DNA of 37,938 nt, from IMG/VR virus record IMGVR_UViG_2778261139_000008; one strand, written 5' to 3'. Source of the DNA: a virus. Its lineage: Duplodnaviria; Heunggongvirae; Uroviricota; Caudoviricetes. A program made the translations under genes and the position numbers. Below, piece after piece: positions 7,629 through 17,967 of this stretch (within the stretch, counting starts at the first letter, position 1; the number at the start of each line of letters is the position of its first letter). The notes under the pieces are model-generated. The model made no database searches. It was not told the origin of the DNA and saw nothing but the letters and a program-made list of their open reading frames with translations.

Positions 7629-8704
7629 GTGATTTCCCCCACGGTCAGCAACTCTGTATCTCCGGCCATCACGGACTTCAGCGGGCTGCGAACTTCAAAA
7701 TCCTCCAGTCCTTTCACCCCTGCAACAGCCCGCCAGAATGATGAAGGCAATACAAGTCCACCCGGCCGCGATTCGTTATAAAGCAGGTCCGTTAATGCCT
7801 GTTTTACGGCAGCCTGATTTTCCGGCGTTTTGGGTACAATCCTGATCTCAAACGCCACCGGCTTATTGGTCAGCTTAAACACGCTGATTGTCGGCCCAAG
7901 TGGCTGACCAACGGGCTGGCCCGTCGCCGGATCATCATGACTGCGGATATAATCCGCCACCCGCTTCACATCACCTTCTCCGGGGAAAATGTCAGGGTTA
8001 TTATCCTGAACAAAAGTCACACCAACACTACCCGCCTCAGGCCATTCAGGCTTACACCATGCCCGCGTCACGCCCGGTACTTCCCGTGCCCAGCGTTCAA
8101 AATCATACTGTGTTCCCCCTGATGGCGGGTTCTGTACCCGGAATACCAGCCTGGACAGCAACTCCGGCACCGTTTCCACATCCGCACCACCGGTGAGTCC
8201 CGTGCCGGTGACCGTGGCTGTCTGGTTGATGCCCGCCTGTGGCGTGATAAAGGACAGGCGGGTTCCGGTCGGGGTATTTCCAGCGCGCCCCGCACTTTCC
8301 GCCTCCACATTAACATTCAGTGTTCCGGCTTTTCCGGTCGCAGAGCCGGTGATGCGGTACACAACACCATCGCTTCGCTGAAGGAGTACGCCTTCCGTGA
8401 TCCCTGCATCCGTGGTCAGCATCAGTTGTACCGGTCCGTCAGCGCGGGAAGCCGGTTTACGGATGACACCCCAGAATGCGCAGTGTTTCAGGAGTTCGGC
8501 TTCATCAGCTTCTGTCGGAATTATCTGCCGGGAGATCCAGGCCAGATGTTCATGCTCCTGTGCTGACAGACCCGCCAGTGCATACGCAATGGCATTCAGG
8601 GTGGTTTCATTCACGCCCGGCTGCGAACCGGGCAGGCGCTGGCTGATATCCTGTTGTGTCTGTGTGATCAGTTGCGCCAGTGGTAAGGGCTGATAAGGCA
8701 TCAT
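7619..8704 (-). CDS. Baseplate J-like protein (Mu gp47-like)
   Basis: 361 aa, position between gp46-like and gp48-like genes; sequence character typical of baseplate J family. Confidence 0.8.
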   Translation of the reverse strand: MMPYQPLPLAQLITQTQQDISQRLPGSQPGVNETTLNAIAYALAGLSAQEHEHLAWISRQIIPTEADEAELLKHCAFWGVIRKPASRADGPVQLMLTTDAGITEGVLLQRSDGVVYRITGSATGKAGTLNVNVEAESAGRAGNTPTGTRLSFITPQAGINQTATVTGTGLTGGADVETVPELLSRLVFRVQNPPSGGTQYDFERWAREVPGVTRAWCKPEWPEAGSVGVTFVQDNNPDIFPGEGDVKRVADYIRSHDDPATGQPVGQPLGPTISVFKLTNKPVAFEIRIVPKTPENQAAVKQALTDLLYNESRPGGLVLPSSFWRAVAGVKGLEDFEVRSPLKSVMAGDTELLTVGEITWL

Positions 8705-9138
8705 TCCCCCTTCATATCAGCATAAAAAATCATCGGATGTCTGCTTCCGTCCGGCAGGGTGATTTTCACGGAAAGCGAAAGGCGAGCATGCCCCACACGC
8801 ATGGCATGACATACCACGGATGTGGCAGCACCGCTTTTATGCAGCCACGCCAGCGCTTCATCAGCATAGGCCTGTGCACGGCTGACCACGGAGGACAGCG
8901 TCTTTTCACGGCTTAACAGCCAGAGACGGGAGCCAACGGGGCGCTCCCGGAAACTGTCTCCCCACCATCCCCGACGGTCACGGGTGCCGTCAGGGATTTC
9001 ATCGGAATCCAGCGCCCGCCTGTCCGTAAACAGTGAAATAATGACCGCAGTCAGCAGGCTGTTATCCGTCAGAAGATCTGCGCCGTTCAGTTGCAGGGAA
9101 CCGCAACCCTGATCCCAGACGACAGCAATATCAGCCAT
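8701..9138 (-). CDS. Baseplate protein (Mu gp46-like)
   Basis: ATG at 9138 overlaps the upstream stop (ATGGCTGA); the longer ORF-track start at 9351 lies inside the previous gene and is less likely. Confidence 0.65.
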   Translation of the reverse strand: MADIAVVWDQGCGSLQLNGADLLTDNSLLTAVIISLFTDRRALDSDEIPDGTRDRRGWWGDSFRERPVGSRLWLLSREKTLSSVVSRAQAYADEALAWLHKSGAATSVVCHAMRVGHARLSLSVKITLPDGSRHPMIFYADMKGE

Positions 9139-9745
9139 TCTCTGGTCCTCCCGTTTTGCTGCCTTCACCGTTATCGTGATGCACATGACCTGAATAGGTG
9201 ATCCCGGCAATAACCGCTTCGGACATCGTGAACGTCCCCTGTGATCTTCCGGTGCCGTCAATGGACACATTGCCTTTGACATGCAGGTTCTTATCCACTG
9301 TGACATTACCGGTAAAGTGAGCCTCCGGTGTATCCACCTGAACACCTTCATCGGCGTAAATCTCCAGCGTCTTACAGGTCACAATGATCCGGCCGTTCTT
9401 TGTCAGACGTATACGGTGCCCCTCATGGTGATACACGCCGGTATCTCCGGCGGTAAGTCCGGTCGGGCGACTGCGGCGGTCTTCCACCACAAGCACCACG
9501 GCCTGATCCCGTTGTCCGCCAGCACAGGCCAGAAAAACTTCCGCACCAGGCAGGGGGACGCTGATTTGCCCGTACTGCTGGGGGCGTTCAACGTCATCAA
9601 AGGTTTCACCATCCATACCGGTTATTTGCACATTCTGGATTTTCAGCGTGTCCGTTGTGCCGGTCAGTACACCACGCCCGAACAGCAGACGAACACCCCG
9701 CATTACGGGGGCCAGAAGGCGGCTGATGACTTCGTCATTCATCAT
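9131..9745 (-). CDS. Baseplate assembly/spike protein (gpV-like, Mu gp45-like)
   Basis: 204-aa ORF after the P-like gene; ATGATG start; position-based assignment. Confidence 0.7.
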   Translation of the reverse strand: MMNDEVISRLLAPVMRGVRLLFGRGVLTGTTDTLKIQNVQITGMDGETFDDVERPQQYGQISVPLPGAEVFLACAGGQRDQAVVLVVEDRRSRPTGLTAGDTGVYHHEGHRIRLTKNGRIIVTCKTLEIYADEGVQVDTPEAHFTGNVTVDKNLHVKGNVSIDGTGRSQGTFTMSEAVIAGITYSGHVHHDNGEGSKTGGPENG

Positions 9746-10859
9746 TGAATTTAATCCCCTGTTTTTTCATCTGTGCCCGCACGAAGGCGTCCACGTCACC
9801 CGCATTTCCGCTTCCGCTGTTTCCCGGCTCTGCCGGAACAATAAAGCCGTCACGGGGTGCCAGAATCAGACGGGTGGTTTCGCCGTGATTTGCATCCAGC
9901 GAAAACTCCACCTGACAGACAAGAAGATCACGCTCTTCCACTCCGGTGCGGGGAGCCGTGACAGCCGTCAGCAGGTTGATATCCCACAACTGGCCGTTCT
10001 CCCTAAACCAGTGCCGCACGGTGGCTGTCAGGCGCACAGAGCGGGCAACCGCCCGGCGCATTTCCCGGACAGCCCTCTGGCGTGCACCGTCTGCATCAAC
10101 AGCATGATCCGCCAGCACAATTTTCGGTCTGTAACGGTGGATGGCACTGTCTGTCACCGTACCAACGGGTGCGGCCAGCGTTCCGGCTGTCAGTGCATCC
10201 CCGGCATGACCACCACCACGCCCGTGCCCCCGTACACGGTATTCACTGTAGCGCAGACGGTGATCCACGTTGTGATCCAAATCCAGCAGATTTTCGCCCA
10301 GCGTCAGCGTGTCGCCACGCTGACTGCCGGCCTGAGTGAAAACCAGTTCACCGGCGGCATTACTGGTTACCAGGACGCCTCTGTGTCTCGCGGCCCGTGT
10401 CAGCGCATCTGCCACGGTTTCTGAGTTTTCCAGTGTGAAGGTGGAAAAGGGCCGGGCTGCCGTTGCATCATTTACCTGCCAGCGCACCGTGACCCCGAAC
10501 GGAGCACACAAATCTGAAGCAATGTGCTCCAGCGTGCGGTTCCTCCACTGGCTGCCCGGATGAATGGCTGAACAGTCCACCAGGTCACCGGTTTTATCCC
10601 GTCCGCTGAGCGTGATCTGAAAACGCGTGGCGCTGATGCGCTGCCGGACCTGATCCAGCCAGCCAGTGATCACAGGCTGACCGTCAATGCGCAATTCCAG
10701 AGACTGACCGGCACGGACGGATGACGGAAGGCGTACACCGGGCATCATTACCCCCAGTTCAAAGGAGCCCGCCAGATGTTCAAGAGAGCGACGAACACTC
10801 ACCGTCAGCCAGCCGGAAAAAATCTCACCGCCCAGATACAGTTCAACCCTGCTGCTCAC
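9735..10859 (-). CDS. Tail/baseplate hub protein (Mu P-like, late control D family)
   Basis: 374-aa ORF after the N-like gene; annotated start is GTG overlapping the upstream gene. Confidence 0.75.
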   Translation of the reverse strand: MSSRVELYLGGEIFSGWLTVSVRRSLEHLAGSFELGVMMPGVRLPSSVRAGQSLELRIDGQPVITGWLDQVRQRISATRFQITLSGRDKTGDLVDCSAIHPGSQWRNRTLEHIASDLCAPFGVTVRWQVNDATAARPFSTFTLENSETVADALTRAARHRGVLVTSNAAGELVFTQAGSQRGDTLTLGENLLDLDHNVDHRLRYSEYRVRGHGRGGGHAGDALTAGTLAAPVGTVTDSAIHRYRPKIVLADHAVDADGARQRAVREMRRAVARSVRLTATVRHWFRENGQLWDINLLTAVTAPRTGVEERDLLVCQVEFSLDANHGETTRLILAPRDGFIVPAEPGNSGSGNAGDVDAFVRAQMKKQGIKFNDE

Positions 10860-12213
10860 TAATCACCTCCACTGAATGGCCTCCGGGAATGAACAGCGGA
10901 TCAACAATACCGTTACGGCGCACAAAACGTTGCCAGCCGGTACTGTTCCCGGTGGCACGGTACAGGGTCACCAGTGCAGGCTCGGTGGTACGTACAGTCA
11001 CTACTGTTGCACCGGGTAGCTGAACTCCCCGTGTATTCAGATCCTCTGTCAGTGCCAGTCTGGCATCACGAAGCGTCAGCGCCGTGGCGGTATACCCCTG
11101 CCCGGACAGTGTCATCACCTGCCGTTCGAGCGCTTCGCTTAAGTCACGGTTAATGCGCTGAAGATCAACTGAACTTTCCAGCCAGACAGGCCAGGTACGG
11201 TGGGCTGCGTCACTGTCCGGCAGGGTTTCCTGACTGAGAACCTGATCCAGCAGTTTTCCCACGGTCTGTGCCTGGGCCACCACGGCAGCACTCTGCATTA
11301 CCGCCCGTATCAGACGAATATTCTTTTGTGCTGCCGGTGTCAGACCGATGAGAGTCTGCGGATTATCCTGCTCATCCAGCACGTAACGCAGGGAAGATAA
11401 TGTCCTGTACAGTTGCGGCATTCCCTGAGAGACGGCGGATGTCGTCCGGCCGATACTGCCACCGGGCCGGGTATTCAGGCCTCCTGAAGACAGTGACGGC
11501 AGCGATGGCAGGGTGATCAGGGCACTGAAAAGCCCCGCAAAAGATGAGGCCATGCGGGAAGGTGCTGTCAGTAATGCCGTGGCATTCCCTTTCAGCGCCG
11601 TGAACGTGGCAGTAAAGGCACTGATATCCTGTACAATCCCCATGCCGGAAACGGCATTTTCCAGGGCGGACACCTTATCGCTGATGGTTTCGGTCATTGC
11701 CTGGACATCGTGCATTCCGTCAGAAATCACCGTCCAGCCCGCTTCCAGGGTTTCAAAAACCTTCCCGAGCGCGGTGGTACTCTTCTGCTCCAGAATGGCG
11801 GCCGTGTCCTGTGTGACAGCAGGTGCGGTATCATCACTTACCGGCGTGACATTAATGGTGAACTCAACCACGCCCTGTTCAGCAGCGTTATAACGACTTT
11901 CAAAGCTGTTTATCAGCACATTTAACGTGCCGTAATCCGGGTGAAGCAGCTCCCCGGCACCGGGTGCACGAAGGGCATCACGCAGACGATTTCGCTGTGT
12001 CTGAACATCATCCCCCATCACAAGTACACTGAACGTAAATTCAGCCAGTTTAGGTCCCAGATCGTCTGCACCACCGGTTTCCCGTAACGGATATTCCCGA
12101 CGGACAATGTTTCGCCCGCCACGTTCGCGCTGCTCACGCCAGACGAGGAACGGCACACCACGGAACGCACCACGACCGTCACCAGAGGCCATAATTCCCT
12201 CCGTTCCAGACAT
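10843..12213 (-). CDS. DNA circularisation protein (Mu N-like)
   Basis: 456-aa ORF immediately after the tape measure gene, overlapping its end; typical Mu N position. Confidence 0.75.
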   Translation of the reverse strand: MSGTEGIMASGDGRGAFRGVPFLVWREQRERGGRNIVRREYPLRETGGADDLGPKLAEFTFSVLVMGDDVQTQRNRLRDALRAPGAGELLHPDYGTLNVLINSFESRYNAAEQGVVEFTINVTPVSDDTAPAVTQDTAAILEQKSTTALGKVFETLEAGWTVISDGMHDVQAMTETISDKVSALENAVSGMGIVQDISAFTATFTALKGNATALLTAPSRMASSFAGLFSALITLPSLPSLSSGGLNTRPGGSIGRTTSAVSQGMPQLYRTLSSLRYVLDEQDNPQTLIGLTPAAQKNIRLIRAVMQSAAVVAQAQTVGKLLDQVLSQETLPDSDAAHRTWPVWLESSVDLQRINRDLSEALERQVMTLSGQGYTATALTLRDARLALTEDLNTRGVQLPGATVVTVRTTEPALVTLYRATGNSTGWQRFVRRNGIVDPLFIPGGHSVEVISEQQG

Positions 12214-14254
12214 TCACATCCAGTCCGTGACCGGACGTGTCATCAATATCAATACTGCGAGCCTGCCACCCTTCCGGGGCAACCAGCTCCACACGGGCAG
12301 AGGCTTTTTGTACCGCCTGTCCACTGCTTTCATCATCACTGCCCCGTAATTTCTGCCAGGCTTCAGTCAGCCATCCCCCCAGATAGTTACCGAGATAGCT
12401 GCCCACCGTAGAACCAATGGCAATCCCCACAGGTCCGGCTGCCGCCCCCAGCGCACCACCGGCAATACTGCCTGCAAGAGAGCCGACCGCTTCTCCCTTG
12501 TCTGTGGCACTGGCGCTGCCATCCAGCAGAACCGGGGCTGCCATCGCGCCAGCCCACAGGGCACCTCCACCCAGCCGGCCGGCCAGTCCACCGGCACTGC
12601 GGAAAAAGCCGGAGAAACGCCCCAGCCCCATGCGGCTACCGACAGACGAAAGTAACCCACCGGCGCGCCCCATCATGCGCCCCCAGAACCCTGCCCCACC
12701 AGAAGAGGGAGACGGTGGCACTGGGGACGGTGGCAGGGGAGGCGTGACCGGTCTTCCGCGCCCCGGTCCGCGTTTCCTGCGGCCCCGCCCCTGACGTCCG
12801 CCTGAGGATGTATCGGTCGCGCCGGTGCCGGACAGTCCTCCTGTGGGCCAGTTTGTTACAAGTACTGGCTGAACGGCTGCCGGATTTACCCCGGTAAGAA
12901 AGTTTATAAAACGTTGCCCTCGTCCCTGAGATGTGCCTGGTGGTGTTCCGGCCGGAGGAGAGCGCCGGAAAGGTGAAGTCAGGAAGGCCGCCGCTGATAA
13001 TCCGTATCCCAGCAATGCAGCACCCGGACGTATAATCCCCGTTCCGACAGCCCGCGCCATTTTCAGGGCACGGGTGGCGAGATACATGTACAGCAGGTAT
13101 TTCGCGGCAGTCTGTGCCCCCTGACCAATGCGATCCAGCGCATCACCATAGCCCGCATCCCGCAGAGCCTGAAGCGTGTCGCGTACCTTTCTGATCGCCT
13201 GATAAAACCCTGTCACTGCATCACGGGCATACTCAAAGCCCTGGTTCATGGCTGATGCCGTGCTTTCCGCCAGGGAATGGTAACTGCCATCAGATTTGGC
13301 ACTGTCAACCCATGAAAGAAATCCCCTGAGATTACCCTTCAGTTTTTCAAATGGCCCACTGTCCATCACATCCCGGGCAAACTGGTCCCAGACGTCACCC
13401 ATCATGGCCGTCAGGCCACTCCAGGAATTCATTGCGTCCTTTTGTGCTCCCCTGGCCTGTTCCGCCAGCGTCTGAAATAACAGGCGAATACTGTCCGGCC
13501 CAAGCAGCCCTTTTTCACCAAGTTTTCTGACCACTTTCTGGTCCACACCCAGACGATCAGCCAGCACGCGGTAGGCATTAATGCCGTAGGTGGCAAGAAT
13601 ATTTGCATCCGCCGCCTGAATACTGCCTCTTGCATACATCTGTTTCAGTTGCAGGGATGCCCCCTGTGCATCGGACAGTGACCAGCCGCCCACGGCCCCC
13701 TGATCCTGAAGCATGGTGACAAAATTTCGGGCCTCCCTGTCACTCATACCAAAGCCCAGACTGGACGTATATTCCTGCATGACGCCAGCCAGCCCCCAGG
13801 TGGTTTCCTTCGCATTCTGTATTGCCCACCTGCGGACATCATCCGTTTTCGCCCGATCCCCTTTGTAAAGGGAGTTCAGGCGAATCATATAGGTTTCCAT
13901 CTCCGCTGCCGGGCGAATAAATCCCCGGTTAAAGCCATATACAGCAGCACCACCGGCCAGCATTCCGTAAAGATTGCTGATCCGCCCGATGGTGCCGGTA
14001 ATACTGCCCTGAAGACGGTCAAAATCAGAAGTGACATGGCGGATACTGCCCCGCACCCCGGCCAGCGTGCGCTGCATCCTGCTTCCGAGTACATCTGTTT
14101 CCTGCCCGGCACGGCGGGCAGCATTTCCCAGGCCACCCAGCCCCGCCTGGCCGGAGCGTGAGAATGCCCCCAGCTCCTGTGACCACTGGCGGGATTTGGC
14201 TGAGATATTGCCGAGCAAATCAACTATCAGAGATGCTCTGAGATTTCGGGCCAT
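12179..14254 (-). CDS. Tail tape measure protein
   Basis: 691-aa ORF between tail chaperone and N; Gly/Ala-rich helical N-part and a long Pro/Gly-rich low-complexity segment near the C-terminus; largest tail gene. Confidence 0.9.
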   Translation of the reverse strand: MARNLRASLIVDLLGNISAKSRQWSQELGAFSRSGQAGLGGLGNAARRAGQETDVLGSRMQRTLAGVRGSIRHVTSDFDRLQGSITGTIGRISNLYGMLAGGAAVYGFNRGFIRPAAEMETYMIRLNSLYKGDRAKTDDVRRWAIQNAKETTWGLAGVMQEYTSSLGFGMSDREARNFVTMLQDQGAVGGWSLSDAQGASLQLKQMYARGSIQAADANILATYGINAYRVLADRLGVDQKVVRKLGEKGLLGPDSIRLLFQTLAEQARGAQKDAMNSWSGLTAMMGDVWDQFARDVMDSGPFEKLKGNLRGFLSWVDSAKSDGSYHSLAESTASAMNQGFEYARDAVTGFYQAIRKVRDTLQALRDAGYGDALDRIGQGAQTAAKYLLYMYLATRALKMARAVGTGIIRPGAALLGYGLSAAAFLTSPFRRSPPAGTPPGTSQGRGQRFINFLTGVNPAAVQPVLVTNWPTGGLSGTGATDTSSGGRQGRGRRKRGPGRGRPVTPPLPPSPVPPSPSSGGAGFWGRMMGRAGGLLSSVGSRMGLGRFSGFFRSAGGLAGRLGGGALWAGAMAAPVLLDGSASATDKGEAVGSLAGSIAGGALGAAAGPVGIAIGSTVGSYLGNYLGGWLTEAWQKLRGSDDESSGQAVQKASARVELVAPEGWQARSIDIDDTSGHGLDVNVWNGGNYGLW

Positions 14255-14380
14255 ACTTACTGCTTCGTTCTGATGATTTTTTCTGTCTGTCGGCAGTGCC
14301 GGTAAAGTTGCGACAGGGGGAGGTTAAGCGCCCATTCCGGACCGCTTTTTGTCACCATCCCCAGGATAATTGCCGCTTCT

Positions 14381-14857
14381 TCAATCTGATCCCGACACTG
14401 CGCCTGATCGCCCCCGGTCAGCTGCCAGCTTTCCGGCAAGCGCGGTATCCAGCAGGCTGACCGCTGCCATCAGGCGGGAGAGATCGCGCTCGCTTAACTG
14501 TCCAATCTGACGGGGTGACAACGGACCTTCAATGTCTCCCACTGCGGCAATCTGACGGCGCAGCAGTGCAACACCGCGTAACGACGGAGACGCTATCAGC
14601 ATCGGGCCATTGTTTGTCTCCACCACGCGCTCGGCTTCTGCTTCTGCGTCAATACTGTCTTTCGCTGTCAGTTCCCGGAACGTGACACGATATTCACGGG
14701 TCTCACCAAACGGCAGACCATCAAGCAGATCCACATATCCCTTTGCCAGTTGCTCTGTCAGCCCGGCAGTGCGTGGATCAGCCCCCTCAAGTGCTTCCCG
14801 GATTGCCTCCATCACGGCTGCCTCGGAAACTGCCGTTTTTTTCTTACGTGTGGTCAT
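14381..14857 (-). CDS. Tail assembly chaperone (Mu gp41-like)
   Basis: ORF between tail tube and tape measure. ATG at 14857 with AGGA RBS; the ORF-track start at 14875 is a GTG overlapping the tube gene. Confidence 0.6.
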   Translation of the reverse strand: MTTRKKKTAVSEAAVMEAIREALEGADPRTAGLTEQLAKGYVDLLDGLPFGETREYRVTFRELTAKDSIDAEAEAERVVETNNGPMLIASPSLRGVALLRRQIAAVGDIEGPLSPRQIGQLSERDLSRLMAAVSLLDTALAGKLAADRGRSGAVSGSD

Positions 14858-14871
14858 TTTATTTTTCCTGA

Positions 14872-15237
14872 TCACTGAACACGGGTACTGGTGGCGCTGG
14901 CGAACTTCACGGAGATCTCCCCGCCACCGTCAAGCGAGGCCGGTTCACTGCTCCAGGCCTTCGTCATCATGTGGACTTCGCCGGTATCCGCCACAAACTC
15001 GATAGTGACCGCAGTCCAGTTGTTGATTTCATCAGCGGCTGGTGAGCCTTCTCCGCCTGCCGGAAATTTGCAGTCCAGCGTCGCTTCACGTGGTTTCTGG
15101 CGGTAACCATAGACTTTCGCGCCTTTCACCACTTCACGTTCAAAACCTGACGGAGAAAATGTAGCCCCCTCAAGCGTCTCGTATTCCTGACCGTTCACAC
15201 GGATAGTGGCCGTGCCCTGATACTGTTTTCCGCTCAT
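14872..15237 (-). CDS. Tail tube protein (Mu M-like)
   Basis: 121-aa ORF directly after the sheath gene; size and position typical of contractile-tail tube. Confidence 0.85.
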   Translation of the reverse strand: MSGKQYQGTATIRVNGQEYETLEGATFSPSGFEREVVKGAKVYGYRQKPREATLDCKFPAGGEGSPAADEINNWTAVTIEFVADTGEVHMMTKAWSSEPASLDGGGEISVKFASATSTRVQ

Positions 15238-15245
15238 GCCTTACC

Positions 15246-16748
15246 TCACAAAATGAAACGGATCTGTGCTGCCAGGAAGCGGAACTGGTTAACCAGATCC
15301 GGCGTGCATAACACGTCAAGACGGTTTCGATCTGACGCATTACGCTCCACAAGCAGATTCTTTTTAAAGGTGTCCAGATTTTCGACCAGCCCGAGTTCCA
15401 CCCACTCTTCACCCAGCGAAATTAACTGAAGCTTCATGATCTCCGGCGTCACGATATTCTGACCGGCACGAACGGGCGTCCCGTCATCAGCCAGTTTATG
15501 GCGCGGAAAACGTTGTGTGATAAAAGTACGCAGGGAATAACGCAGCCAGGAGAGGGTGTAGATGGTTTCCACATCCAGATAGCTGGGATCACTTTCGCCG
15601 TACACGTTCTGGCGATACATGGTCACCTGACGTTCGATCTGAACCACATCACCGGCAGCCACACTGACCGTGGCAATCCCTCCCCACAGCAGACTGTTAC
15701 GCTCTTCACGCGTCAGACGATCGGCCGGAGCCGGGGCCATGCGTGACGGAAGCGCCAGCGTCTGAAGCGGACGCGCAGGATCTGCTCCCAGAGAGGGTGC
15801 ACAGGTGGCACAGACCGCCGCTGCCCAGAGGTAATCCGGTTCAGGGGCTTTGGGAATGGATGTGCAGGTCGCCAGAAAATCATTGCGTTTTGCCCCGAAT
15901 GCCTGCACCTCACCAAACGTGCCGGTATGTGCCAGCCACAGCACGCCGTCAGACATTTTGGCCGGTCCCCAGCGTTTCAGAAGCTCATCACTGATGATTT
16001 TCAGGTTTGCATCATCCTTATAGGGCATGACGACATAGTTGTACTGGCGATCGCCCATCCCCGCCACGCTTCGGGTGATATCCGGGTTAGCCGCTTTTTG
16101 TTTCGGATAGGCTATAGCGACCTGTATTCCTTCCGGGGTTGCTTCCCCGTCGTGATAGTTCAGGCGCACATCATGAACGGAGCATTCACCGGTAAAGCGG
16201 GCGGTGATCCCCAGAGACCCTTTCAGACCTGCGCCATTATCACCACTTCCTGCACCAGAGGAGGCCGTGAAGGGCGCGTCAGGATCGGCATTGATCAGCG
16301 CGGCCAGCTCGTCGGTCAGTTCTTTGCCTTTCTTACCTTTTGGTGCCGGGAGTGTATAACGCCGCCCCCCCACGCAGGCATAAACAATCCCGTCACGGGT
16401 GACCGTTCCGGTCAGATTCATGGCCGCAGCCGTTGCCTGTCCGGTGCCGTTCCCCTGAGCAATGGCATACAGTTCAGCATCAGGATTGATGGCGATAAAT
16501 TCCGCCACCATCAGGGCAATCATGGAACCGCGCCCCCAGAGTTCTGTTGCCTGAGACGCACGGGTGATCCTGACCGGAACATCCAGAACACCGGCACCGT
16601 CCACGGCATTCTCTTTCATTCTCGCCTGACCAAACAGCAGCACACACTGACGCTGTGCCGGAGTGCCGGTGACAGCCATGGAGTTATTAAACTCAACCTC
16701 AATCAGCGGTATACGGCGGTCATTACCGATCCCGTCAAAATTAATCAT
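15246..16748 (-). CDS. Tail sheath protein (Mu L-like)
   Basis: 500-aa ORF with ATG start, followed by the tube gene; sequence character of myovirus sheath. Confidence 0.9.
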   Translation of the reverse strand: MINFDGIGNDRRIPLIEVEFNNSMAVTGTPAQRQCVLLFGQARMKENAVDGAGVLDVPVRITRASQATELWGRGSMIALMVAEFIAINPDAELYAIAQGNGTGQATAAAMNLTGTVTRDGIVYACVGGRRYTLPAPKGKKGKELTDELAALINADPDAPFTASSGAGSGDNGAGLKGSLGITARFTGECSVHDVRLNYHDGEATPEGIQVAIAYPKQKAANPDITRSVAGMGDRQYNYVVMPYKDDANLKIISDELLKRWGPAKMSDGVLWLAHTGTFGEVQAFGAKRNDFLATCTSIPKAPEPDYLWAAAVCATCAPSLGADPARPLQTLALPSRMAPAPADRLTREERNSLLWGGIATVSVAAGDVVQIERQVTMYRQNVYGESDPSYLDVETIYTLSWLRYSLRTFITQRFPRHKLADDGTPVRAGQNIVTPEIMKLQLISLGEEWVELGLVENLDTFKKNLLVERNASDRNRLDVLCTPDLVNQFRFLAAQIRFIL

Positions 16749-16990
16749 TGCGGTTTCTCCTTATCGGATGCCGGTTGGGCGACCGGTTTTTCTGTCGCAG
16801 TCGTTGCATCCGCAGATACAGCCGGAGCCTCTTCAGCGGCTTTTTCAGCCTGAATGACATCGCCGTCATCAAGACGCCGACACCAGAACGGCGTAAAGGG
16901 CTTTTCCTCCCCCTCCTGTGCCAGCGGGCGCATTGTGTCGGGATCACGAATCAGGCGTCCCGGCGCGGGTTTGATAAAGATGGTTTTCAT
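16745..16990 (-). CDS. Small head-tail joining protein (Mu gp38-like)
   Basis: 81-aa ORF, start/stop coupled to neighbours upstream of the sheath gene. Confidence 0.55.
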   Translation of the reverse strand: MKTIFIKPAPGRLIRDPDTMRPLAQEGEEKPFTPFWCRRLDDGDVIQAEKAAEEAPAVSADATTATEKPVAQPASDKEKPQ

Positions 16991-17551
16991 TTACAGTTCC
17001 TCCGGCGGTTCGACCGCCGTTGTCGTGTTCCCCGGCAAATCAATATGTGCCTCAAACGGCGGCGTACCGGGCGGCTCCACAAAGGTTTCGTAATGACGCA
17101 GGAAGTCGTCCAGCGAGCTGGTATCGGTCAGCGGTGCGATCATTTCCTCGCAGGAGAAATAAAGCGCATACATCACCGCACCACTGTCCGCCTGGGTTTC
17201 GGTGTAACCGTTGACCGCCTTTTCAAAGTAAAGCGGTGAGGTTTTTTCTGTTCTGAAGCCGTTAAGCACGGCAATCAGCCGGGCCACAATCTGATACAGT
17301 CCGGGACGGCTGGCCTCACGCCCGTTGAGCATGTCGCCGATGACGTAGAACACCCAGTGACTGACCAGGCGACCACGGGTACGGCCTTCACCGGCACCCA
17401 GCCAGGCAACGTAGATCGCCGGGGCGTTAATCAGCATGGTGCGCAGTACGCTGTCGCTCCAGTCGCCGGGATGCGTGTCAACAGACACCAGTTCATTCCC
17501 GAAATACTCACGGATACGGGCGATGTATGCCTGTTCGGTTTCCGTAATCAT
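16991..17551 (-). CDS. Head-tail connector/completion protein (Mu gp37-like)
   Basis: 186-aa ORF; ATGA overlap with the upstream gene; position-based assignment. Confidence 0.65.
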   Translation of the reverse strand: MITETEQAYIARIREYFGNELVSVDTHPGDWSDSVLRTMLINAPAIYVAWLGAGEGRTRGRLVSHWVFYVIGDMLNGREASRPGLYQIVARLIAVLNGFRTEKTSPLYFEKAVNGYTETQADSGAVMYALYFSCEEMIAPLTDTSSLDDFLRHYETFVEPPGTPPFEAHIDLPGNTTTAVEPPEEL

Positions 17552-17967
17552 ATGAAGCCCTTCTGGTTGCGCCCGAATACCGCTGCATCAGACTGAACCT
17601 GTGGTAAATCCCCGGATTCAGGGGCCGCACCGTTCGTATCCACACCGACCGGCACATTGCCGTTCATGACATCTTTCAGCCAGGCCAGCGCTTCACGGTA
17701 ACGGTCACGCGCCTGATCGGAGGCTCGCTGATCGCACAGGTAATAAAAGGCAATCGCGCAACAGTGCTGAACAAGAACGGCCGGAATAACCTCCAGCGGC
17801 AACGTGTAACGGGCGGACAGATAGCTGTCGATAAGGGCTGACGCATCTGTCAGCGCCCGGTTCAGCTTGCGCGTGTCCGGCTCATCCGAACGGGGCACAG
17901 CCAGTAACGGCCTGAGCAAATCCTCGCGGTAACGCGCCCGCATATCGGTTTCAGTGGCGTAATTCAT
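17548..17967 (-). CDS. Head completion protein (Mu gp36-like)
   Basis: 139-aa ORF in the conserved position after the major head gene block. Confidence 0.65.
   Translation of the reverse strand: MNYATETDMRARYREDLLRPLLAVPRSDEPDTRKLNRALTDASALIDSYLSARYTLPLEVIPAVLVQHCCAIAFYYLCDQRASDQARDRYREALAWLKDVMNGNVPVGVDTNGAAPESGDLPQVQSDAAVFGRNQKGFI

Noticed and set aside
9648-10424. 258-aa plus-strand ORF
   Set aside because: Antisense to the P-like baseplate gene; no start context; spurious.
12417-12794. 125-aa Pro/Ala-rich plus-strand ORF
   Set aside because: Antisense to the Gly/Pro-rich low-complexity region of the tape measure gene; compositional artefact.
15927-16853. 308-aa plus-strand ORF
   Set aside because: Antisense to the tail sheath gene in high-GC coding DNA; typical spurious reverse-frame ORF.
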